Assembly (NCBI GenBank): GCA_024626585.2
Contig: JANKJI020000002.1
Coordinates: forward strand, 196,187,380-196,208,537
Direction of reading: 5' to 3'
Length of the DNA: 21,158 nt
From: Ginkgo biloba
Lineage: Eukaryota; Plantae; Ginkgophyta
This document shows, in pieces, positions 10,474 through 20,134 of this stretch; position 1 is the first letter of the stretch, and the number at the start of each line of letters is the position of its first letter. Under the pieces are notes generated by a model, which had not been told where the DNA came from, searched no databases, and saw nothing but the letters and a program-made list of their open reading frames with translations. Position numbers and translations under genes: made by a program.

Positions 10474-12036
10474 TGTAACATTCTGGTATTTCCTCCAAAA
10501 GCTAAGTAGGTTACTTTAACCTTTTCAAGATATAAAAGAAATAGAATGAATAAATCTTATGCTAATAATCAGAGTGCACAATAACAAGAGATTTCATTCA
10601 TCTATCATTCAAGCATAATCATGAGCAATCAAAGCATCATTCACATCGATCAAGCATAGACAACTGGAGTCAAGATTGGACCACTAGGACGGGGGGATAA
10701 GCTATTGAGTCATATGCATGCTACCACTTCTAGCCACGAGGACCTCTAGAGGACTTGACCACGACTAACAACACAAACCTCTAATGCCATCAAGGCTAAC
10801 CATCAACCCCAAACGGCCTCTCCGTTTGGGTCCACCCCCTATAACTGGGAAGAGTGCCAAGGTAGTAAGCTCTAGCCTCCATCTAGGCACAAAGGTCATC
10901 TCTCTCTCAATTATGAGATACCCCTCCTCAAGAAAGCTCGTGCATTCCAAGCACACCAATCACACTCATCATAACAATAGCAACAATAATGTCAAATGGT
11001 CAAGACTTATAGAACCATAGAGTACTAGCACTCATCTACAACTTCCGTGCTTGTCTCAGGAGTCACTAGGTTGTTATCCTTCTCCTTTCTATCAGGCCTT
11101 AGGACTCTCAATCCACCATATGTTCATATTCAAGGCATATCGACCGCTACAGTGTTGGTTCAGTCAAGACTTACGTGCCCCAACGTAGAGTACTAGCACT
11201 CATCTACGGCTTCCATGCTCGTTTTAAGAGTCCCATGGGTTGCTNNNNNNNNNNNNNNNNNNNNNNNNNNNNNNNNNNNNNNNNNNNNNNNNNNNNNNNN
11301 NNNNNNNNNNNNNNNNNNNNNNNNNNNNNNNNNNNNNNNNNNNNTTAATATAAACAAATAAATGAGGACATACCTTTCTAGGGTACTTACCCTAGTGTTC
11401 TGGATTCTACAAATACTATATGAGCCTTTCCCAACAAAAAACATCACTTTTTAGAGTTATCTAGGTACAATGACCTTCTCCAAGTGTGATGTAGTATAAG
11501 GGTATAACTGGGCGCAATATGAGTACAAGAATCAACTAGAGAACTTTTAGAGGAATTTGGTCTTCACCTATAACTTCTTTTAGCCTCAAAACAACTTCAA
11601 ATGACACAATATCTATCCCAACAAAGTGCCTTTAGCTATAGCAAGATCTTGGGTTTCTTCTCTTAAGAATATCCCTAAAAAATTCACTTAAATGCAGAGA
11701 TAGTACTTCGTCCTAGCTTAGGGCAGTAGTAGACCAAAACCTACGACTTCTAAGAACATTAGTAAGCAAGTAAGATGCAAAAAATAAGAAGCCCAAGATA
11801 GAACAAAAGATAATGATGATTTGAGACGTCATCTTCAACCTTCCTTTTATATGTTTAGGTGATAATGGGTTGTACTTGACGGTGGCTCACAAGTAGGGTT
11901 GACTTAACCCTAAAAACCCTTTTTAAAGGGTCAACTGCTCCTAAGATAGGTGGCACTAGGGTTTAAGGACGGCATTTGTCCCTTCTTAAGTTACTTTTGT
12001 GTCTCTTAAGGGTCGCACCATTAAGATTAACTAACA
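10474..12036 (-). mobile_element. Long 5' LTR (family B) of a Ty3/gypsy retrotransposon; distal boundary approximate
   Basis: On the - strand it ends TGTTACA directly before a tRNA-iMet PBS. It has an internal ~168-bp-period repeat (TAGAGTACTAGCACTCATCTAC at 11018 and 11186) and, on the - strand near 11820-11970, CCTTAAACCCTAG...CAGTTGAC...TTGTGAGCC...TATAAAA, the same motif order as LTR A. Confidence 0.65.
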
Positions 12037-12130
12037 TCTTCAAAATTAACATACTGGCTTCATAACTTAGTTCTTTCCTTAGCCCAAATCCATGATAACT
12101 TAGTTCTTTCAAAATTAACATACTTGTCCC

Positions 12131-12396
12131 ACTTTAATCATATATATTTTCTTGCATACAATGGAAAAACAAGAAGTTGAAGAGCAAAAGGAGTATCAGA
12201 CCATCTCTCAGAGAGAGAGAACGGTGACGTCTTTGTGCTGCGACATTTAGAAGATATATTTTCCTTTTCAGAAAATGTCAAGAGGTTCCATAAGGTATTC
12301 AGTAAGGATAGTTCGACTTTAATCATATATATTTTCTTGCATACAAAGGAAAAACAACAAGCTGAACAGCAAAAGGAGTATCAGACCATCTCTCAG
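12131..12396 (+). repeat. Direct duplication of 81 bp (12131-12211 and 12316-12396)
   Basis: ACTTTAATCATATATATTTTCTTGCATACAA.GGAAAAACAA.AAG.TGAA.AGCAAAAGGAGTATCAGACCATCTCTCAG occurs twice with 4 mismatches, 185 bp apart. Confidence 0.92.
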
Positions 12397-13568
12397 GCAG
12401 AGATGAATCATGTCCAAGTTTATAAATTGGATGCACTCTTTGGTTCAACTGCAATTATCATCAGCTTGTAAACTATCATGGAACCTAAATAACTAAGAAA
12501 TTGCCAGATAGTTAAACCTGGAATCTCAAAACTGTATGATAGAAATTCAGTGATTAGATGGCAGCTCAATTTCTTGCAGAGTGATTTGTAGCATAGCTCA
12601 AAGCAAACTTATTCTAGCAGGAAGAGAATCTAAAAAGCAAATGGACAGCACCCTGGGAAGTATAGATCCCAGAAGGAAATTCAGCCAAAAATGGGTGGGT
12701 TCTAAATATTAGTCCAAAGGAACCTCCAAGCTTTGCTTTGTAAAATCACAGCTCAGTGGAAAACATCACCCCTTGGGCTGTTGAGTAATCACAATCCTAA
12801 GTTCAAGGTGCAAAGGATTGAGAAATCCTTGGTGCCCTATCAAAATGATCCCTANNNNNNNNNNNNNNNNNNNNNNNNNNNNNNNNNNNNNNNNNNNNNN
12901 NNNNNNNNNNNNNNNNNNNNNNNNNNNNNNNNNNNNNNNNNNNNNNNNNNNNNNNNNNNNNNNNNNNNNNNNNNNNNNNNNNNNNNNNNNNNNNNNNNNN
13001 NNNNNNNNNNNNNNNNNNNNNNNNNNNNNNNNNNNNNNNNNNNNNNNNNNNNNNNNNNNNNNNNNNNNNNNNNNNNNNNNNNNNNNNNNNNNNNNNNNNN
13101 NGCCTCACTAATGATTGAGATGTAACGTGTCCTTTTTGTAAACATTATTTTTTCAATATACTCGAGTGATTTTTCAAAAGAAAATAGTCATGAGTTGTTT
13201 CATGAGCTGAAGTATCTGTTGCCCCTTTCCTGTAATTTGTTATTGTTGACTTGTCAACAACTTTTTCGTTTACAGCAGGACAAATGCTATATCTAATCAT
13301 GCACATGTTAGTTAAGGGACCCCATTAGATTACATTACTAGATTATTGTGGAATGGCCCTATGAAAGATGGTAAATGCTCCATTTTCTATAATTTTCGGA
13401 TCACACACAGCTATAAGGGATTTCATTGCATAGAATCTGATAGAGGGAGAACCTTTTATGGATTGGTTTCAGTCCGATCTTTCTGTTAGAGAAGTAAATT
13501 TTCCAGCAGCAACTCTGCAGAACTATAATAAGGAAAACTTTCACATTCAGCGTTGTCATTTTTCTCAG

Positions 13569-13672
13569 GTGTTATCGGAATGTGTTGGTATTCCATCTCG
13601 GTTAATCAAAGGTAGAGATTACATGGGTACAGATGATGGGGCATTGAACATCATAAAGGGCGATGATGGAAG
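13569..13672 (+). CDS. SIS8: Internal coding exon (104 nt) of the same Raf-like kinase, EDR1 domain
   Basis: TTTTTCTCAG|GTG acceptor and AG|GTACTT donor. Encodes VLSECVGIPSRLIKGRDYMGTDDGALNIIKGDDG(R), matching the family motif VLADSVGIPCRLVKG..YTG.DD.A.N.IK..DGR. The phase-2 end joins G at 17850 to give AGG (R) EYIVDLM. Confidence 0.93.
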
Positions 13673-15533
13673 GTACTTTCTGCAAATTACTTATAGTGGT
13701 TATGATTTATCTTATCTTGAAAGCAATCCAAATTTCGCATGCAAAGTTGCTCTTTCAGTTTTCTGGTATGTTCCTTTTTCCATAGAACTAAATAGTTGTA
13801 TTAAAAAGGTGCAGTTTATTTTGCAAACCTTGTGTAATTTTTATATCATCTATGTTTTTCTTTCTTTCCAGCCCCAGCTACCTAAGCAGAAATCAGGTTG
13901 GGATGAAGAATTTTTTTTCTGGNNNNNNNNNNNNNNNNNNNNNNNNNNNNNNNNNNNNNNNNNNNNNNNNNNNNNNNNNNNNNNNNNNNNNNNNNNNNNN
14001 NNNNNNNNNNNNNNNNNNNNNNNNNNNNNNNNNNNNNNNNNNNNNNNNNNNNNNTTAGAACTGTCATATATTTAAGATAAACCCCTTGGTCGTTTAGAGA
14101 AGCTTAGAACCTTTAAGTTACTCTACTTGCAGTACTAATATTCTTGCTTCTTACATATACCTTATTCACTAAGTAGTTACAAGTAAAAGGCCAATATTGT
14201 TGAAACTTCAGTGATATTGTATGCTCATGTACGATCACTTATTTATGCATATGGCCAGTAGTAAACTAAGCTCTCCTAANNNNNNNNNNNNNNNNNNNNN
14301 NNNNNNNNNNNNNNNNNNNNNNNNNNNNNNNNNNNNNNNNNNNNNNNNNNNNNNNNTAGAAATAAACATCTTGCATGTGCTCCCCTTTCTTGTGGTTTGC
14401 CACCACTTGGTAGTTGTACCAAAGTAAGAGATATGGTTGTGAGGGTGACTTTACTTTTGTTTATAGACTTTGTGTTCTCTACTATATTGGATAGCGTAGC
14501 CATGGCAACTCTTTTACCAATTCTTTTCTTACCTTGTAGTTTATATTTGGATTGATTGGAACAAGAGATTACTATCAACTTTGCTTCATTCTCATTCTCC
14601 TCTTATTCCACTAGAATTTCTTTTTCCATCAACTTTGTCTTGAACTANNNNNNNNNNNNNNNNNNNNNNNNNNNNNNNNNNNNNNNNNNNNNNNNNNNNN
14701 NNNNNNNNNNNNNNNNNNNNNNNNNNNNNNNNNNNNNNNNNNNNNNNGTTCAAGCTAAGTGCATGCATGTGGACAGTTTGCATGAGGATAGATTTATGTA
14801 TGGTTATTTTTAGTCATTGTTCTATGTAAGCATGTGACAAAAATAGAATGTACTTGCTATTTAGTGTTGTAATAAAAAAATAGGAGAAATGCCTATTTCG
14901 GGAATTGTCTTATTTGCCCTAAAGAGGGCGTTGGGAATCTTCCTAATTTGTCATGCCTAAATCTGTCCTAAAAAGGTTGAGTTGTCTTAGAGTCTAATTT
15001 TGGAAAGAGTCATTAATCGGTTTAGGGTTTGTGTCTTAAATATGGGTGCCCAAACTTAGTTGTGATTTGATGCAAAGTTGGGCATTGGAATTGGAGTTTC
15101 TTTTTCTTGATTTTTGGGCTGCCAAAAGGGACATCATGCTATTGTCATAAAGTTTGTTTTGCTGCTATAGCAGTGGGTGTGTACAGTTGAAAGTACAATG
15201 GGTGTTGAGCTACATTAATGGCAAGTTAATGTGGGATCTTCTAGTGTTTTATGGGGCTGCCAAAGGGCTATAGTACATCATGTTTGCTGTTGTAATTATG
15301 ACTGTGTACCACTGTAATTAAGTGTTTTATTTCAATTTTCACGATAGTTTTATGATCAGGAATCATGTGCATGTGTTATAAGATGATTGGTTCTTTATGC
15401 CAAGTGTAATTCCATGTTTTCAGATGAATAACAGATGGTTCTTTTGAATTGTTGAAAACTTATTTGTCTTATTGTGTTTAAGTTTTCAGATTTATGGTTT
15501 ATGTCATCTCATGACCATGCCGAAAATTCTAAC

Positions 15534-15600
15534 ATATATATATAATATATATATGGATGTATGTGTATATATATGTGTGTGTGTGTGCATGTGTGTGTGT
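15534..15600. repeat. Compound (TA)n/(TG)n microsatellite
   Basis: ATATATATATAATATATATATGGATGTATGTGTATATATATGTGTGTGTGTGTGCATGTGTGTGTGT. Confidence 0.9.
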
Positions 15601-16475
15601 ATTAGCTGCACCTTCGAACACACGCATCTGAGTTCCAAAAATGCTGCACCCTCACTATCCCTGCACCTGCACCCGGGAGATAACCTTGGTCGGCGGGCTA
15701 GACTTAACCTTGGCAATCAGGAGACAACCAACTCAGTTAAAACACTCAAACAAGATTGCACATTTACTTGATGCCACGTGACACTAAGCATGCTAGAGGA
15801 CAAGAAGCCGAGGACAAATAGTTTGATAACTTATTCTTGAGCTCCTACATGCAAATTGCCAGCTGGATTAGTAGTTCTAGAAGTGAGCACTACAAACCAA
15901 AGAAAACTCCATATGGGGGTGAGACTATTAGTTGGAAAAGGAGAAGCAATCGAATCTCAAGAAAAGGGATTGGCTTGTGGTTCTCTGCTCTTTGCTCATG
16001 CGAAAGATTTTGTAAGTGGCATTGACCTCAAAAAGGCATACCTGTTAATGTAGCCATTCAACTTTTCAAAATGACTAGTTATCTACAAGTAAATGGAAAA
16101 AAAGGGTGGTTAACCAATAAGCTTTGTAATACAATTGGTTAGCCAATGTACTTGAACAAGCTATTGTAAACATCACTCGTAGCTAGAAAGCACAAAATAA
16201 ATAAAAACCAATTTGATTGTAGATCATGTATATGAACACTCTGAGATTTTTTTGTTTGCTCAATTTAGCTTCTATGTAGCATATGTGAAAACGGGATCGC
16301 GGATGATAACGAGGAAATCAAGACAAACACAAGAATCAACACACTCTACACAGGTGTCCGGGTAGAATTGGTCTANNNNNNNNNNNNNNNNNNNNNNNNN
16401 NNNNNNNNNNNNNNNNNNNNNNNNNNNNNNNNNNNNNNNNNNNNNNNNNNNNNNNNNNNNNNNNNNNNNNNNNNN

Positions 16476-17475
16476 GCCCTCTTCATCTTTCTACTCGCAT
16501 TCACCCAATGCCATCTACTCTCTTTTGAAACTTCTAATTCTATCTTTTAACGATAATTTCTTTCCACCTCTTTCAGTACCTATGGATGCTCCTTTCTTAT
16601 TGTCTCACTTCTTCCTACACCTTCTCTTAGGGCTCTACCAATTCCTCTGCTTGTCCATATCAACTCACCTCTTTGAGTACATATAATACAATTTTTTTTC
16701 TCTTACTAGTGCACTTGCATGGTGCCTTCCTTTTGCATCAACTAAAGCTCCATTTGGTCCTTCATCCATAATTTTTTNNNNNNNNNNNNNNNNACTTTTT
16801 ATTATTGCAATCCTCTTTATATTCTTCAAGAGTGGCTTTGCCCTCCATGCCCAATCTCTACCCATCCTCATGGCCCTCCATGAGCACATATGAATTCAAT
16901 GCCTCTTTCTCATGAGGCTTCTTTGGATTATCTACATCACCTACAAAAATATAAAAAGGACAAAATTTGCTTCCATGATATTCATTTTCTTCTTTCTCCT
17001 CCATCCCTTTTGTCTGCTTTTCTAATTATCTTTGGACTACTCATCGAGCTCCATTGGTCATTTGAGCAAAGTCTTTCATTGTTTATCGACTTATATTGGT
17101 CATTTATCAAACTCCTTTGCCCATTTGACAAATAACTTTTCTCATTTGTTAAAATGTTCTATCTACTTCCTATCTTATCCCTAGGATCTTTGCTCACCTC
17201 TTGGGCCATTCCTTCAGTCTACTCATTTTTTTAATTCTCAAGCTACCTAAGAGATCCCTTGGCCTACTCATAGCCACCACCATCATCGATATCCATCGCA
17301 ATATCCTCCATGACATTTCCATCATCTTTATTCTCTATTTTTTCAACCTCATTATTTTTTTCTTCTCAATCTTTCATTTTCAGTGCCTTGGCATCCTCAT
17401 CACCATCGTCAACACATGCATTCAACTCTCAAACCACCATTGGTTCATTAACTTCAACCACCATTTGCTCAGGTG
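16476..17475 (-). mobile_element. Degenerate TE-derived sequence of unknown class (purine-rich, E/D/K-rich reading on the - strand)
   Basis: Strong C/T skew on the + strand and a stop-riddled acidic reading on the - strand. No domain recognised. Confidence 0.25.
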
Positions 17476-17849
17476 AAAATGTGAGAGTAGGTGCCTCTTA
17501 TGCCTCCATAGGATCTGGAATTATGCAAAAGAAACAGCTCACCTAGGACCTGCTAATTATGTAAAACCAGAGAAGAGGCCTTTGGAGCAGAAAAAACAGA
17601 CCAATCAAATAAACCATATCAGAACTATGTTTAACTGAAGCCAACCAACATCTAGGCAAATCTGTAGGAGAACAGAGAAAATTCAAAGCTCTTCAGTTGA
17701 TTACAATCTTCTGTGTTTGCAAGCTGAAGTGCTCAGGATTGCATCTTCCTATAATATTTTTAGTGTTCTGTATCTAGCTAATGTGGTCAATGGTATTAGT
17801 GAAAAGGTTGGGAAGAGTGGGAGGGTTACATAATTGTTGTGCATGGCAG

Positions 17850-19257
17850 GGAATACATTGTTGATCTGATGGGAACACCAGGCACTCTTATTCCATCCAA
17901 TGTAATGGGCTCTATAGCAGTGCAGACTCAATGTGCGGAAAATGAATGTATGGTCGAGGAAATCTTGAAAGATTGTGAAGTGATATCTCCAGCAGCGTCT
18001 GGCAGTGGCTTCAAAAGTTTTATGGCTAGGAGTTCGGAGGATGAAAGGGATGAGGGAATTGAAGTAGGCTCTAGGGAATCGGCTTCTGAACCAAGTGATT
18101 TGNNNNNNNNNNNNNNNNNNNNNNNNNNNNNNNNNNNNNNNNNNNNNNNNNNNNNNNNNNNACTATGATTCTTCTTCCATGTGTGAGTCAACAGTAAAGG
18201 AATCAAAATTGGAACGCGATGAACTTGCCAAGCTTCAGAAACTTGAGAAAGCACCTGCACGGCCTCCGTTAGGCCATTCCTATACTCATACAAGGTCTCC
18301 ATCCTGGACAGGAGGTATTGAATCACCAGTTGTGCAACGGATGAATGTAAAGGATGTTTCGCAATATATGATGGATGCTGCAAATGAAAATCCAGAATTG
18401 GCACAGAAACTGCATGATGTATTGCTAGAAAGNNNNNNNNNNACCACCTAATTTATTCACAGAAATCTCTCCGCAGAAGCTGCAGGCTCAGTTTACAGAG
18501 GACACAAATATCATTGAAGAAAGGAGGAAGAATCTTGTAGCTAGGCCTAGAAAAGTTACAAGTGGTTTGGGCCCTGGTTGGCCGCATTGTCCTCTACCCA
18601 AGCATATCAAAGAAACAACGGAAGAAGGGCTGATTGCTCATATGCAAGAGATGAATTTTTTAGAGGCTTCAGGAGATCAGCAACCTCTGGAATCTTTGGT
18701 ATGTCCAGCTACTGTTTCTGATTCACTCACTGGATCCTCTGAGGCAGTTACATCAGCTCTGCCTGCCAAATCTGTTTCAATGCCTACACAAAAATGCCTA
18801 CCATCAGACTTAATAACTCATTTGCCCATTGCTGCAGCTGCTACAGCAGTTGTTCTAACCTCTTCAATTGTATCGGAGACTGATCCAACACTAGAAGTTC
18901 CTGTGGCTTCTGCTGTCACTGATACAGCTGCAGCAGTAACGGCATTGGCTGCTGTAGGTGGAAGGCCTGAGCTGATGGATTCTGGCAAGGAAATGTCAAC
19001 TGGTGATCTATATGTTAGGTTGATAGACAATGATGGCAAAAAAATGGACATGAATGATGGAGCATTAAGAAACTTGGAAGGAGTTAACATAGAAAAAGAA
19101 ACAGGGTTGATTGACATCAAAGATGAAATTTTTGAAGAGAAAAGAAGCTCAGACAAATCAACTGGGAATGAAAGTAGGTCTGATGCATTGCTCTACGATG
19201 TAGCCGAATGGGAAATCCATTGGGAGGACATAAATTTGCGGGATCGTATAGGGCTTG
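17850..19257 (+). CDS. SIS8: Large coding exon of the Raf-like kinase: end of EDR1 domain, central linker, start of kinase domain; spans two N gaps
   Basis: GGCAG|G acceptor, then (R)EYIVDLMGTPGTLIPS; HTRSPSWTGGIESPVVQRMNVKDVSQYMMDAANENPELAQKLHDVLLE-gap-PPNLFTEI; an Ala-rich tract PIAAAATAVV...LEVPVASAVTDTAAAV; and DVAEWEIHWEDINLRDRIGL G|GTACGT donor. These motifs are typical of the SIS8/RAF4-5 clade. Frame changes occur only across gaps 18103-18161 and 18433-18442. Confidence 0.92.
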
Positions 19258-19480
19258 GTACGTATTTCTTGGTGTTTGCAGCAGAGATTTATGGTGTTAT
19301 CTTTGTTAACCACTTTTGTGTTAAAATTGAGGTGCACTAAGTTTTAGTTTTAGTTTAGGTTCGATATTGACAAGTGCAACAATTTTGTCAAACAGTGCAC
19401 TTTATTTTGGATTACTTATCTTGTATTTGTTCACATGTTGCTTTGCTCATGCATTATTTATAAATTTTAGTTGTTTGTAG
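19258..19480 (+). other. GT-AG intron, 223 nt, phase 1
   Basis: GTACGT start, TGTAG end, T-rich. Splicing restores RIGLGSYGEVY. Confidence 0.93.
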
Positions 19481-19521
19481 GTTCCTATGGGGAGGTCTAT
19501 CGAGGAGAATGGCATGGGACT
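19481..19521 (+). CDS. SIS8: 41-nt coding exon, kinase subdomain I (Gly-rich loop)
   Basis: TTTGTAG|GT acceptor and ACT|GTAAGT donor. With G at 19257 it reads G-S-Y-G-E-V-Y-R-G-E-W-H-G-T, completing GLGSYGEV (GxGxxG). Missed by the ORF track because it is short. Confidence 0.95.
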
Positions 19522-20134
19522 GTAAGTTTTCCACACTGCATTGCTGGTTCTAATTGGAAAGAGAGATGAAATGAACCTGATCCCGTCTCTTTAGCTTGTT
19601 ACACAGTAGAGATGAATTTCTTCATCTGATTGAACCTGCCTTCAGAATGAAAAGTGCTATAGAACATGCAATGGACATAAAAATCTTAGTTACATCAGTG
19701 CTGATGTCAGTGTATCTATAATTAAACTTGCATTGTTCAAATGAGATCAGCAAGCATTGAAGTGCATCCTACTGCATGCAAAAATTCTCATCCGCATCTT
19801 TCTTACTCGAGCATTTGATTTTCCCAGAAATGGTTGAGCTGTGACTGTCGCGGCATTTTANNNNNNNNNNNNNNNNNNNNNNNNNNNNNNNNNNNNNNNN
19901 NNNNNNNNNNNNNNNNNNNNNNNNNNNNNNNNNNNNNNNNNNNNNNNNNNNNNNNNNNNNTCATTTATGTTTCACAATTAATTTATGGTTACAGAAACAA
20001 CACGTAGTAATAGTGCAAAAAATTAGGGCAAAATTCATACGTGTAGTTTGTTGTGACTTACCTTGTTAAAATGCAACATTTGAAGATGTTGAACAACTGC
20101 TTAGGTCAAAACATCTAAGTTTTGTACTTTAGAA

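Larger units (their letters stand above)
2144..13568 (+). other. Very large TE-filled intron (about 11.5 kb; donor hidden in gap 1989-2143)
   Basis: Lies between two exons that are contiguous in the family protein (…RALLFK | VL…). Ends in CAG at 13566-13568. Confidence 0.85.
13673..17849 (+). other. GT-AG intron, about 4.2 kb, phase 2
   Basis: GTACTT start and GGCAG end. Splicing restores DDGREYIVDLM. Confidence 0.9.

Noticed and set aside
12733-13145. ORFs made mostly of X (also near 1983, 13852, 14221, 14556, 16368)
   Set aside because: Artefacts of translating through N gaps.
13515-13529. TGCAG-AACTATAAT (NYN) mimics the start of the exon at 1616 (TGCAG-AATTACAAT, NYN)
   Set aside because: Similarity ends after three codons. 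Most likely chance rather than an exon duplication.
16283-16375. Possible copia-like LTR terminus (TGTGAAAA...ACACAAGAATCAACACAC)
   Set aside because: Only about 90 bp are visible before a gap, with no partner terminus, PBS or TSD to support it.
17928-19156. Antisense ORFs 17928..18404 and 18818..19156
   Set aside because: They are shadows of the + strand coding exon, with no recognisable protein features.
19258-19340. ORF 18567..19340 continuing to a stop as the true C-terminus
   Set aside because: This is read-through into the intron. The canonical donor at 19258 and the next exon restore the kinase Gly-loop.
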